This document shows, in pieces, positions 13,640 through 26,810 of a stretch of DNA of 64,000 nucleotides. Origin of the DNA: the human T2T-CHM13v2.0 reference genome, Homo sapiens. The DNA is taken from the NCBI RefSeq assembly GCF_009914755.1, contig NC_060929.1; one strand, written 5' to 3'. A model generated the notes under the pieces. That model ran no database searches and was not told where the DNA came from. It was given only the letters and a program-made list of their open reading frames with translations. How positions within the stretch are numbered: the first letter of the stretch is position 1; each line of letters opens with the position of its first letter. The position numbers were made by a program, and so were the translations under genes.

Positions 13640-13775
13640 AGTCCCATATTAGAAATAAAGAAAGTGAGGCCAAGAGATGTTAAATGAGTAGCCCAAGACC
13701 CCACCTCTAGAAATTGGCAAGGCTGAGATCAAATCAGCCAGCCAGCTGGTCCAGGGCTCATGCTTTCACCACTTA
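13640..13775 (-). mobile_element. MIR fragment
   Basis: AAAGAAAGTGAGGCCAAGAGATGTTAAATGAGTAGCCCAAGACCCCAC matches the MIR core. Confidence 0.7.
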
Positions 13776-14191
13776 AGTGAACTTCACAGAGCTAGGAGAA
13801 AAGAATTTGCACATAGTATCCTAAACCTGGCCAAACAATCATTAAAGTAAACTAAAGAACTAATATATTTTCAGATATCTAAAGACTGAGCCAATTAACC
13901 ATCCATGAACTTTTCTAAAATAATTTTTTGAAATTGTACTATGACAAAATAAAAAGTGAATGTAAATAGAAGTCATGGGAAAAACTATACTTAGTTCCAG
14001 TTAATACATCTGCATTTTAAATACAAATCATTACATGCAAATAACTGTTGATTGTAAAAAGAAAAAATAACATATTTGCATTTAATCAAATCCACATTTT
14101 TTTTCTGTTTAATGATCAATTGTATGGCTTATGGCATACTTAGGTGGCCATCATTATTGTTTTCTAGTTTTTTAAAAAGAAAAATGATCCA

Positions 14192-16472
14192 AGTATTAGT
14201 TTGTTTCCACACTGCAGATAAAGACATGCCTAAGACTAGGTAATTCATAAGGAAAAAGAGGTTTAATGAACTCACAGTTTCACGTCACTGGGGAGGTCTC
14301 ACAATCATGGTGGAAGGCAAAAGGCACATCTTACATGGCAGAAGACACGGGAAGAGAGAGAGTTTGTGTAGGGAAACCTCCCTTTAGAAAACCATCAGGT
14401 TTCAGGAGACTTGTTCACTATCATGAGAATAGCATGGGAAAGACCCACCCACCCCTGTGATTAAATTAACTCCTACCGGGTCCCTCTCACAACACATGGG
14501 AATTGTGGGAGCTACACTTTAAGAAGAGATTTGTGTGGGGACACAGGCAAATCATATCATTCCACCCCTGGCTCCTCCCAAATCTCATGTCCCAACATTT
14601 CAAAACCAATCATGCCTTCCCAAAAGTCCCCCAAAGTCTTAACTCATTTCCACTTTTACTCAAAAGTCCACAGTCCAAAGTCTCATCCGAGACTAGGCAA
14701 GTCCCTTCTGCCTATGTGTCAGTAAAATCAAAAGCAAGTTAGCTACTTCCAAGATAAAATGGGGATACAGGCATTGGATAAATACATCCATTCCAAATGT
14801 GAGAAATTGGTCAAAATGAAGGGGCTGAAGTCCCTATGCAATTCTGAAATCCAGTGAGGCAGTCAAATCTTAAAGCTCCAAAATGATCTCCTTTGACTCC
14901 ATGTCTCAAATCCAGGTCACTCTGATGCAAATGGTGGGTTCCCATGGTCTTAGGCAGCTCTACCCCTGTCGCTTTGCGGGATACAGTCTCCCTCCTGGCT
15001 ACTTTCACAGGCTGGCATTGTCTGCGGTTTTTCTAGGCACAGGGTGTAAGCTGTCAGTGGATCTACCATTCTGGGGTCTGGAGGATGGTGGACCTCTTCT
15101 CAAAGCTCCACTAGGCAACACCCCAGTGGGAACTCAGTGTGGGGATGCCCACTTCACATTTCCCTTCTGCACTACCCTGGCAGATATTCTCCATGAGCAG
15201 CCACCCCAGCAGCAAATTTCTGCCTGGCCATCCAGGCATTTCCATACACCCCCTGAAATCTAGGGAAAGGTTCCCAAATCTGAATTCTTGACTTCTGTGC
15301 ACTCACAGGCTCAATGCCACATGGAAACTGCCAAGGCTTTGGGCTTGCACCCTCTGAAGCAACAGCCCAAGCTGTACCTTGGCCCCTTTTAGACGTGGCT
15401 GGAGCACTGAGATGTAGGGCACCAAGTTTCTAGACTGCACACAGCAGAGTCACCCTGGGCCTGGCCCATGAAACCATTTTTTCCTCCTTGGCCACTGGGC
15501 TTGTGTTGAGAGGGGCTGTCGCAAAGATCTCTGACATGCCCTGGAAACATTTTCCCATTGTCTTCAGGATTAACATTTGGCTCCTCATTACTTATGCAAA
15601 TTTCTACAGCAAGCTTGAATTTCTCCTCAGAAAACGGAATTTCCTTTTCTACTGCATTGTCAAGTTGCAATTTTTCCAAACTTTTATGCTGTGTGCCTTT
15701 AATGGCACCAAAGTCACCTCTTGAATGCTTCGCTGCTTAGAAATTTCTTCTGCCAGATACCGTAATCATCTCTCTGAAGTTCAAAGATCCAGAAATCTCT
15801 AGGACAGGGGCAAAATGCTTCCAATCTCATTGCTAAAACATAACAGGAGTCACCTTTATGCTAGTTCCCAATGATTTCCTCATCTCTATCTGAGATCATC
15901 TCAGCCTGGATTTCATTGTCCATATCATGATCAGCATTTTCGTCAAACCATTTGATAAATCTATTGAGAGTTCCAAACTTTCCCACATGTTCCTGTCTTC
16001 TTCTGAGCCCTCCATACTGTTCCAACCTCTGTCTGTTACCCAGTTCCAAAGTCACTTTCACATTTTCAGGTATCTTTTCAGCAGTGACCCCCTCTTCCAG
16101 TACCAATTTCCTGTATCAGTCCATTTTAATGCTGCAGATAAAGACAAGCATAAGACTGGGTAATTTATAAGGAAAAAGAATTTTTAATGGACTCACAGTT
16201 TCATGTGGCTTGGGAGGCCTCACAATCATGATGGAAGGCAAAAGGCAGGTCTTACATGGCAGCAGACAAGAGAAGAGAGATTGTGCAGGGAAACTCCCCT
16301 TTATAAAACTATCTGATCTTGTGAGACTTATTCATTATCAAGAGAACAGTACAGGAAAGACCTGCCCCCATGATTCAGTTACCTCACACTGGGTCCTTCC
16401 CACAACACATGGGAATTTTGAGAGCTACAATTCAAGATGAGGTATGGGTGGGGATACAGCCCAACCTTAAAA
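14192..16472 (-). mobile_element. Full-length THE1B/C MaLR provirus (3' LTR 14192-14559; internal 14560-16111; 5' LTR 16112-16472)
   Basis: Two ~360-bp direct THE1 LTRs flank a ~1.55-kb THE1-int. ATCCAA occurs at both flanks as the probable TSD. Confidence 0.93.
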
Positions 16473-16809
16473 TCCAAGAGGAAGTTAAAATTACAAAACT
16501 AGCCAACAATGCTGATGGCAACCTAAGAATGCCATACAACTTGTAATTAAATGGAAAAAATCATGGATTTTAAAACACATAAATGAATAATAATTACTTG
16601 GAATATTCCCTTTTTACATGCTTTTCCAGGATTGAGAAAGTGGAAGGTGAGAATACAGATAAATATACACACAGTCATCCCAGGTTTTATCACATTAGAC
16701 AATGCTACATATGTCTTTATGTACTAAAAACCTTAAATTTCAAAGGAATGGTAATATCTCTATTCTAAAAGCTATTTTAAAGCAAAGGGAAAGGGAGAAG
16801 ACATTTTAA

Positions 16810-19800
16810 ATCATTTTATAAAGTAACTTTCCTTGACACTGAAACCAGGCAAAAATAAATTAATAAAGGAAAAATGTAGCAAATCTCAATTATGAAAATA
16901 GAATACAAAAATCTTAAATAAGTACATATACTCATTGGAATGTCTTCACATATACTAGGTATATGTTGGAACCAGCTTAAAGTCTAGAGGCAAATAAATT
17001 CATCATATTATAGCATCATTGAAAATGCTGGTTACAATGTTAGTTTCATTTGTAGAAGCTTGCCTGTGACACAGGCAATATAAGAAAATTACTTCCATGG
17101 CAAAAATAAGAAAAACAGACTTCACAAGAGTAGGTTAATTTGAATTGTACATTTGCTCAAGGGGTATCTGTTACTCGCTCCTGCCATACATTGCAACAAT
17201 AAAGCCTGGGGGTCTGAACAGGTTGAAGAGAAGTTTAGATTTTAGACCCCAGGAAATCTGGGAACCCAAAGAAGCAACATGCTCAGTGTATGCAGTAGGT
17301 AAACAAATAAACAAACAAAAACTTCCTTCATAAAATAATTGTGAAAGTATGTTTCTGAATAGTTATGTTTAAGCATGGAAGAGAAAAACAAATATGCAAA
17401 GTTCTCCTTTGAGAATTCTTAACCACAAGCCAAACTCTTAGCATTTGTGATACCTCATATTCAACTCTTTGGAAATCCTGGAAATTCTCATGTCAGAAAT
17501 TTAGTATGAGTGTTCCTGGGTCATCAATGGCATTAGGCATCTGGCAGAAACAAAGCAAAATCTCTCTGAAAAAAGTTCATTTAAACTCAGGTCTCAACAT
17601 ATTCCCAAAGACAGAGTTGCAAAGGATTCAAGTTCACAATTTATACATATATAAACACATACAAAGTAAACAACAAATATATAATTATGCATTATATATA
17701 GGTATAAATGGCGATAAACAAACAGTAAGAATGAATAGACATGCATGCAGAATTATATCCACAAAAATTACAGAAAATGAAGTTAATAGATACAGAATGG
17801 TAAAATAGAGTGACATTCTGTATATTTTAAGAAACAAAAAAGGAAGCTAAAATATGATGAAGAAGCAAGGGCCTATTAAAATTTGATAGACAGGCTTGAA
17901 GAGAACCAAAGATAACTTTTAGAAATAAGAGATCCAGAAGCAGGCCAACAAAAAATCAAACAAAACAAAACAAAAAGATTTAAAAAAACTGGAAAGAGGC
18001 CATATTTGAAGAGAATTTCCAGAATTAATGAACGACAATAATATTGTATTTAGAAAATGCAACAAACCCTCAGGCAGGATAAATAAAAATAATTTCATTT
18101 CATATCAAGACCCACAATAATGAAACTGAAGGCAACACCAACAAAAATGCTTATAAAGAGACAATTAAAATAAGAGCTCATCTCTCAATAGCAATTATGG
18201 AAACCAAAATATGTTGTAAAGTTTTCTTCAAGGTGTTGAAGAAAAGTAATTTCAACCTAGTATTTATATGCAAAAAACTATTTTTGAAGACTGATGCGAT
18301 AACTGTTTACAAACAACTCATTTAAAACATATGAACACAGAAATGTGACCAAGAAAGTTCAATGTTCCCTTTAGCTTGACTAAAATTCAGACCAATATTT
18401 ACTTTAGAAACTTGTACTTTTAAATTCTTTCTCTGCACTTTTGAAACTAAAATCATTTTAAAACCTCTTGCCAATTTTACTACTCAAGAGTGTCTTCGTC
18501 AAGGACTTAGGAACTATCTTTTTGAAATGTAATCATCAAAAAAGACAGAACCCTTATCTCCAAGTTTCTGTGAGTAGTTAGGAGTCTACCTTCTATCAGC
18601 ACCAATTAGCAAAACCAGATAGCCTAATCACAAGTACAACATTTACAAACTCAGGAATGACTCAGTCTTCTGGACACAATCCCATTGATCAACCTTCCCT
18701 AATGTCCTGGAATACTTTTTCACTAGCTCCCTCTAGCACTTAAAAACACTCCTGGTTTTTGATTCATGGGAGTTGATTTTAGGTTGAATTCTAGCCTCTC
18801 TCTCATTGCAAATCCTTGAATAAAATCACCCTTTCCTGTTTGATATTGTCTGGTGAAATTTACTTTGAGAATTAAAAGTCAATGGATGTAAAACAGTTCT
18901 CCTAATACTAACAAAAGACAGGCTGTTGTAGCTATATTATTACCAATCAAAAAAGATGAGACAAAAGGGATTACTAGAAATAAGGAGATTGTTATATAGT
19001 TTTTAAAAATCAAATCTCAAAGAAAATATAAAATTATAAACTATTTTTTACTTAATAGTTTCAAAATATTCAAAATAGAAACTGTTCAGATTACAAGGAA
19101 ATTTGACAAATACATCATTATAGACACACATTTTAAAACGTTGGTTAGTATTCAATAGATAAAGCAAACAAAAAAGTCAGTAATAATATAGCCAATTTGA
19201 ACAACACAATTACCATTTTTAATCACTTTATCCAATAACTAGATAATACATATTTTTAATGGAAGAATCATTATCAGTTATATACAAGGATAAAATAACT
19301 CAAGAAACTTCACACATTGCATATCACACATATCATTACCTCCAAACAAAATGAAACTAAGTCATAATGCAACAGGGAAGAGACTTGTAAAATCAAAACC
19401 ACACTATTTTGTGATCTATGGATCAAATACTAAAAATAAGTAGACACTTAAAACTCAATAAATGTAAATAACATAATAAATTATTGAAAGCAGGTCATAG
19501 AGAGAAATGTATAACCCTAGTTGCTTATATTAACATAGCAAAGAGGATTCAGACTCATGAGCTAAACATTCACCTTGAGAAATTGGAAAAAGAGCAACAC
19601 AATAAATTCAAAGAAGCAAACGAGATACAGTTAATGAAATAGAAATCAAAGAAATATTATAGAGATAAAATAATCCCAATATTTGGTTATTCTTTGAAAA
19701 GATTAATACATTTGACTAATATTAGGCATGATTAACCGGAGAGAGAGAAAAAAATGAAAAAGCAGATGTGGTAAATGTGATAAAATATTATCATTTGAGG

Positions 19801-19890
19801 AATGGGGATGGAAGTAAGCGATATGTGGAAGTTTTTCCACTTTTTGCAGTTTTCTTGAAGTCTAAAATTATTTCAAATCAAAAGGGTAAA
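16810..19890 (+). mobile_element. Highly degraded old L1 (L1M/L1ME-type) ORF1, ORF2 and 3' fragments, interrupted by an LTR
   Basis: A-rich sense strand with recognisable L1 remnants: an ORF2 'PKPGK...ILNK' region near 16840-16920, an ORF1 3' region near 18000-18290, an endonuclease 'AGVAIL' region near 18920, and an L1ME-like 3' end at 19780-19890. Confidence 0.65.
18344..18870 (+). mobile_element. Solo ERV1 LTR (MER67-like) inserted in the old L1
   Basis: TG...TTTGA(G)A termini, CAAGGACTTAGGAACTATCTTTTTGAAATGTAATCATCAA...CCAATTAGCAAAACCAGATAGCCTAATCACA, and AATAAA near the 3' end. L1 EN-domain sequence continues across it. Confidence 0.7.
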
Positions 19891-20844
19891 AAGTTATAAG
19901 TTTTAAGAAATGATTACGTTTTCTAACTTAAGACATTTCTGAATTTTTCCTTCATTTTAGGGGTTCACTGAAGTGTATTAGTTAAAGAATATCATACTGT
20001 GTAAAAAAATTTAAAGACATATATTTCAAATTAAATCACAAAACAAAGATTTGGGGTCAAAGGAAATCATAAGATGTGCAGACTGGTTCAAGAAAGCCAC
20101 TACAGATATAAAAATATAAAACACTGCTTAACGGCATTTTATCAAATATTTCCACCTTTCTACGGAAATTTGTATAAAACAAAGTATTTTCCTTTTCCAT
20201 GTATTTTAAATAAGCTGGGCTGTTTCTTAAGAATATTATGAAAAACATTTTCTAACACCAAGGGTAATTAAATTAGGTTATATTTTAATAGGTATTTCCA
20301 AATTCCTTCGTGCTTTGCCAACCATTGGCTTGCATCCCATTTGACCACTCTCTAAGATAAAAACTACCCAGGGACTCATTAAGAACTTGATCACTGGTGG
20401 TCAAGGTTTCAATGTGATTTTTCAGCATTTACTTTTTTCTTTTCAGAATAAAGCTTTCTAAATAAATAGAACCCCTATAAATATGTCAGAAGTTTGAGTA
20501 AATTTGTTCAGAGTTGAGCTCTGTTTTAAAACTTCAGAAAAAAAATCACACATAGAACAATCATAAAAAGAAATGATTCTTTTTTCTGATGTAATCATGA
20601 AGATAATCACAAAAGCGACCTTATCCCATCTCTCGTATCTTGGTTACGTAGGTTCTATGCTATGAGATAAATAAGTTTGACAGTAGAAAGATCCCTCTTT
20701 TCTTCTTCCATCCACTAAAAGATGTAATGATACAGTACTATACTTATAGCATAACCTAAAATGAGTTATGGCTTTTGCTTATCAATTTTTAATTTCAAAA
20801 TATATTAAAAAATAAGATCAGGTGAACATTAATTTGCTACTCTT

Positions 20845-22277
20845 TTTTTGTTAAAATATTTTTTACTTTTTATCTATTCCAGCTTTTAGATTCAGGTGGT
20901 ACCTGTGCAGATTGGTTACATGGGTAAACTGAGTGTTGGGGGTATTTGGTGTACAGATTATTTCACCATCCAGGTAATGTGCATAGGACCTGACAGGTAT
21001 TTTTTCGCTCCTCACTCTCCTGCCACCCTCCACTTTCAAGTAGGCCCCAGTAGCTATTGTTTCCTTCTTTGTGTCCATTCATATTCTATGTTTAGCTCCC
21101 ACTCATAAATGAAAATACTTGGCATTTGGTTTTCTGTTCCTACATTAGTTCACTTAGAATAATGTCCTCTAGCTGCACCCATGTTGTTGCAAAGGGTATG
21201 ATCTCATTCTTTTTATGCCTGCATAGTATTCCATGGTATACATGTACCCTATTTTTCTTATCCAACCCACTATTGATGGGCATCTAGGCTGAATTTATGT
21301 CTTTGCTGTTGTGACCAGTGCTGTGATAAATATATGCATGCATTTCTCTTCATAGTAAAATAATTCATATTTCTTTGGGTGTATACACAGTAATGGGATT
21401 GCTATGTCGAATTCTAGTTCTAAGTTCTTTGAGAAATCTCCACCCTGCTTTCCACAATGGCTGAACTAATTTACATTCCCACCAGCAGTATATTAGTGTT
21501 CCTTATTGTCCACAACCACACCAGCATCTGCTGTTTTGACTTTTTAGTAATAGCCATTCTGTCTGGTGTGAAATAGTATCTCATTGTGATTTTGATTTGC
21601 ATTTCCCTAATGCTTAATGATATTGAACATTTTTTCTTATGTTTGTTGGCCCCATGTATGTGTTCTTTTGAGAAGTGTCTGTTCATATTTTGGGCCTGTT
21701 TACTAACGGGATTGTCGTTTTGAGTTTTTTTGTTTTTTTTTTTTTCTTGTTACTTTGTTTAAGTGGTTGAATGTTTATTGATAATTTCTTTGCTATGCAG
21801 AAGCTCTTTAGTTTAACTAGTCTCACTTGTCAATTTTAGGTTTTTTTGCAATTGCTTTTAGAGTCGTTGTCATGAATTCTCTGCCAGACCTATGTCCAGA
21901 ATGGCATTTCCTACATTTTCTTCTAGAGCTTTTTGTTCATAGGTTTAAGTTTTACATTTAAGTCTTTAATGCATTTTGAGTTAACTTTTGTAAATGATGA
22001 AAAGTAGGGGTCCAGTTTCAACCTCTTTTATATGGCTAGCCAGTTATCCCAGCACCATTTATTGAATTGGGAATCCTTTCCTCATTACTTATTTTTTTGA
22101 CATTGTTGACAGAGGATCAGATGGTTGTAGTTGTGTAGCTTCATTACTGGGTTCTCTAATATGTTGCATTGGTCTGTGTGTCTGTTTTTGTACCAGCAAC
22201 ATGTCTTTTGGTTACAGTAGCCTTGTAGTATAATTTGAAGTCAGGTGGCATGATGCCTCCAGCTTCGCTCTTTTTGC
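20845..22277 (-). mobile_element. 5'-truncated L1PA15/16-like element (3' UTR plus ORF2 C-terminus)
   Basis: T-rich tail and an L1PA15/16-type 3' UTR (TACAGATTATTTCACCATCCAGGT...CAAGTAGGCCCCAGT). The ORF track shows ORF2 remnants (MNRHFSKE...REMQIK; [13 protein letters not shown]). Confidence 0.88.
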
Positions 22278-22960
22278 TATTTTTAATTTTTATTATAGAT
22301 TTAGTGAATGCAAGTGCAGTTTTGTTACATAGATACATTGGGTAGTGAGGAAGTCTGGGCTTTCAGTGTAGCTATCACCCAAATAATGAACATTGTACCC
22401 CTGAAATAATTTCTCATCCCTCCCCCATCTCACCCTCCCACCTCTCTGAGTCTCCAATCTCTCTCATTCCACACTCAATGCGCATGTGTACACATTATTT
22501 AGCTTTCACTCATAAGTGAGAACATATGGTATTTGATGTACTATTTCCAAGATGCCTCACTTAAGATAGTGTCCTCCATATCCATCCATGTTGCTGAAAA
22601 ATTGTGATTTCATCTTGTTTTATGGCTGAAATAGTATTTATTTGTATATATAAGCCACATTTTCTTTATCTACTCTTCCATTGATGAATAGTTAGGTTAA
22701 GTCCATGTCTTTGCTATTGTGGCTATTGCTGCAAAGAACCTATGAGTGCAGGCATTTTTTAATATAATGATTTATTTTTGGGGTGGTAGATATCTAGTAG
22801 TGGGATCTCTGGATTAAATGGTAGTTCTACTTTTAGTTCTTTGAGAAATATCCATATTTGTTTTTCATATAGATTATACTAATTTACATTCCCATCAACA
22901 GTGTCTAAGCATTTTCTTTTCTCCTCACCAGCAATAGCCATTCTGACTGGTATAGATATA
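22278..22960 (-). mobile_element. L1PB4-like 3' segment
   Basis: Diagnostic 3' UTR GTAGTGAGGAAGTCTGGGCTTTCAGTGTAGCTATCACCCAAATAATG. Confidence 0.82.
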
Positions 22961-23300
22961 ACAGCCTGAAAGGTCAAAGCAACCCTAAGCACAATGAATA
23001 AAACTAAAGGCGTCACATTGCCTGACTTCAAATTATACTACAAGGATATAATGACCAAAACAGCATGGTTCTGGTATAAAAATAGACACATAGGTCAACG
23101 GAACACAATAGACAACCTAGAAATAAAGCCACATACCTACAGCCAACTGATCTTTAAGAAAGCAGACAAAAACATACCAAGGAAAGGACATTCTGTTCAA
23201 TAAATGGTGTTGGAAAAATTTAAATGCCATATGCATGAGAATGAAACTGGACCTCTATCTCTCACCGTATATGAAAATGTTCTTGAGATTAACTAAAGAC
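22961..23300 (+). mobile_element. Inverted L1 ORF2 segment (twin-primed 5' inversion of the L1PB4-like element)
   Basis: A plus-strand ORF2 remnant ([25 protein letters not shown]) is directly joined to the minus-strand L1 segment. Confidence 0.82.
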
Positions 23301-23304
23301 ATTT

Positions 23305-23585
23305 TTCAAGCCCTGCACTTCAGAAAGCAGCAATGATTAAGTATGTCCCTACCCTATGTTCTGGGACAGGGCTAACAGCAAAGGAACACCCTGCTTTGCA
23401 TGTTCCCACGACCCATCCTCACAACTCTACCCTTCTTCGTGACTCTCATAGACATGTAGATGAATCCCTTATTAACGTGCCTCTATAAAAAGCAGACCCC
23501 CTCCTTTTCTTTGAGGTGTTCTTCATTAATGAATGTTCTCCATATTCCATTGGACTTAATATATCATCTCCTTAATTTCGTTTTT
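23305..23585 (+). mobile_element. Probable old ERV LTR 3' fragment
   Basis: LTR-like TATA (CCTCTATAAAAAGCAGACCCC) with a downstream R/U5-like tract. Family not determined. Confidence 0.35.
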
Positions 23586-24999
23586 CATACCATACACATT
23601 AACGACTGACAGAAAAGGTAGATATATTTCCCATCTTTTATACTTTAGTTGTCTTTCTCAAAGAAGGTAATTTTCTAGCTGAAATCACTCTTTGCAAATT
23701 TGAATAAGTAGGAAGGAAAGACTCACCAATCTATAGATTTACCCAATTTTCTACATTTTTTTCTAAAAGAAACTCTTTCCATGACCTCTCTCTGATTTCT
23801 GTTGCCTGATACTGACCCATCTCTGCAGCCACATCGCTTTCCCTAACCCAGACACTATGTTGTTCTGATACTGCTCAATTAAGCCCTTTCAAGTCATATT
23901 GGTCTGGGTAGTTTGCAATATTCATCTATGCCTCAATCATAAAAAGCACAAAACTTTCCTCTCTGACATGTGAAATAACTATTTGTATAAACATTTAATA
24001 TTTAAATTAAGTTTTTTTATTATAGTCTGAAAATATGAGGTAATTCATGCTTTCTACTTATCCTTAACCATTTTCTGTATGGCCCGTGATATTTTTTAGA
24101 CTACCACTAACAATCGTTGCCGATGGTGGTTTTCTACCTATGTATGAGAGCAAGATTTGTTTAGTCTTTAAGGAGCATAATTTTTACAGAGTGTAAGTGT
24201 GACACGGATGGTGTCTGGGAGACAAGGTTTCTTACCTGCAGGGCTTTTTTTGAACTCATAATTAATTGTTGGCTCTTGTGTTTCTGTTGTATGCTTTTTA
24301 TGGTGATCTCTGCTCAGGAAGCACAGAATAGGTGTTACTAATTGCCTTGGGCACCTCACCAGAGGAATGCTGATGGAACAAAAGTAGTGTTCATAATGCC
24401 ACTCTGGCTGAAGGCTTTTGCTTGCATTTCAAGGCTCTTTCCATCCCTGGGTTGACTTAAAGTTACCTTCCAAGTGATGAAAGTTGTTTCAGGGTTAGAA
24501 CCAAAACTTTTCAGTAACAAAATATATGAATAGAGAAATCTTTTAAAAGAGCCTTAGTGACCTTCGGAAATAAGAACAAGCAGTGAGAGTTTCTCTCCAG
24601 CATATAAGGCCAGAATGAGCCCTCTCAGTTCAGCTACTTAAGTGAGAATTTCAATTACTCTAGCAGCCATTGCTGACACTGGCAGATAAACACGTTAGGT
24701 AAATGAGCAAAGATGATTATTATGAATGTGGATTTAGAAACACATTAAACCAGTGGTGAAGAAATTTAGTGTCATGCTGATCACCACCAAGGCCAAAGGT
24801 AAAAATAAAGCTATGGAAAAGGTTTGTGAATCTTTTTCCACCTCAACAGAATGAAAACTGGAGATGATGGTATCCTTATCATTTACAGAAATTATGATGA
24901 TTCTGCAGACATCCAGCATGTGATTTTAGAAGACCTCTGTGCTCTAAAGAAATGACAGCAATAATTTAACCATTTTAGAAATATTAATTTTGAAAACAT

Positions 25000-25585
25000 G
25001 AAAATTATATGTACATATTACATACAAAAGAGTGTTTGCAACATTTAGGTATAATTTAAAAGATAATACAATATCGTTTTGTATAATTGATAACTAGTTT
25101 AAGAAATAGAAGTTGAAGCCACTGAGCACTTTCCACCAATGACATCTTTTTCTATTTCAGAAAATCCTTTTTTGAATTTTGTGTTAATTATACTTTAGCA
25201 TTGGTTATATTTTATCACATAAGGGCACACCCTAAATTATAGACACTTATATAGCTATATTAATGAAAAATGTGATTAGTCTATACATGACTTTAAAAAA
25301 TTTATGCTTTTAAAATACATCTATGTTGATGTGTCCCACAGTGACTCACTCACTTTTAGTCCTCTATGCAAACAGTTTATCCACTACTTTTCTTACAGGA
25401 AATTGGGTTATTTCTAGCTTTGGTATGTAAAAGATTGTGGCTATGAGCATTGCTACACAAATCTCCTTATTCATGTTTAGAATTTCCCTAGGCTATGAAA
25501 CGCTGTCATAGTGTAGGTCGATCTTCAACTTTATGAGGTAATGCCAAATTGATTTCCAAGGTAATTTTAGAAACTTATTTATCTA
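25000..25585 (-). mobile_element. Degraded L1ME-type fragment
   Basis: TTGGGTTATTTCTAGCTTTGG...GCTATGAGCATTGCTACACAAATCTCC...TGCCAAATTGATTTCCAAGGT resembles antisense L1 3' ORF2/UTR. Confidence 0.55.
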
Positions 25586-25589
25586 CTTA

Positions 25590-26575
25590 ATTAATTGTTT
25601 TAAATTCTTCTATGTTTAGGTTTGGGAGGTACAGGTACAGGTTTTGTATGTGAATAAATGCCTGTCACTGAAATTTGGTGTGCAAATGATCCCATCATCC
25701 AGGTAGTGGGCATAGTACCCGACAGGTAGCCTTCCAACCCCTGCTCCCCTCCCACTCTCAACTTTCAGCAGTCCTCAGTGTCTGTGGTTCCCATCTTTGT
25801 GTCCATGTGTATTCAATGTTTAGCTCCCACTTACAAGTGAGAATATATGACATTTGATTTTCTGTTCCTGCATTAGTTCACTTAGGATAATGACCATCAG
25901 CTGCATCCACATTGCTGCAAAGGACATGATTTAATTTTTTTGTGGCTGTATAGTGTCCCATATTGTATATGTATCATGCTTTTTAAATCCAGTCCACCGT
26001 TGATGGGCCTCTGGTTTATTCTATGTCCACAGTTTTGAATAGGGCTCTAATGAACATACGTGTGTTTTTTGGTAGAATGATTTACTTTCTTTTGAGTATA
26101 TAACCAGTAGTGGGATTGCTGGTTCAAATGGCAGTTCTATTTTAAGTTATTTGAGAAATATCCACACTGCTTTTCACAATGGCTGAAATGATTTACATTC
26201 CCACCAGTGTTGTATAAGAGTTCTCTTAATTACACCACTTAATTTACATTCCCACCAACATCTGTTGTTTTTTGACTTTTTAGTAATAGCCATTCTGACA
26301 GGTGTGAGATGATCTCTCATTGTGGTTTTGATTTGCATTTCTCTAATGACTAGTAATGATGAGCATTTGCACATGTATTTGTTGGCTGCATGCATGTCCT
26401 CTTTTGAGAAGTGTCTTTTCATATCCTTTGCCTATTTTATAATGGGGTTATTTGTTTTTTGTTTGCTGTATTGCTTAAGTTCCCTATAGATTCTGGATAC
26501 TAGACCTTTGTTGGATGCACAGTCTGTATGTTGTCTGCTTACTCTGTGGATAGTTTATTTTTCTGTACAGAGTTT
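25590..26575 (-). mobile_element. 5'-truncated L1PA16-like element
   Basis: 3' UTR TTTGGTGTGCAAATGATCCCATCATCCAGGTAGTGGGCATAGTACCC and ORF2 remnant MKRHFSKED...[19 protein letters not shown]. Confidence 0.88.
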
Positions 26576-26689
26576 TAGCAATTTATATTTACACCAGGAG
26601 AGTTTAAGAGATCTGCTACAACACATACTTGGAAAATCATTGATAATATAAATCCATTTGTGAAACTAGATGTTTATCAATACTATAGT

Positions 26690-26810
26690 AGAATCCTTTC
26701 ATTTTATAAATTATAAAATATTGGCCCAGAGATAATTCATGCTTCTCTGGGACTACACAGCTAGTCAGTAGCTCATTTGGAAGTAGAAATCTAGTCCTTT
26801 GAATTTCCAC
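26690..26810 (-). mobile_element. MIR fragment
   Basis: CATTTTATAAATTATAAAATATTGGCCCAGAGA...CACAGCTAGTCAGTAGC. Confidence 0.55.

Noticed and set aside
24168-24359. Minus-strand ORF containing a good splice donor (CAG|GTAAGA near 24230)
   Set aside because: I found no convincing acceptor, homology or partner exons, and such donors occur by chance. A lncRNA exon cannot be excluded without transcript data.
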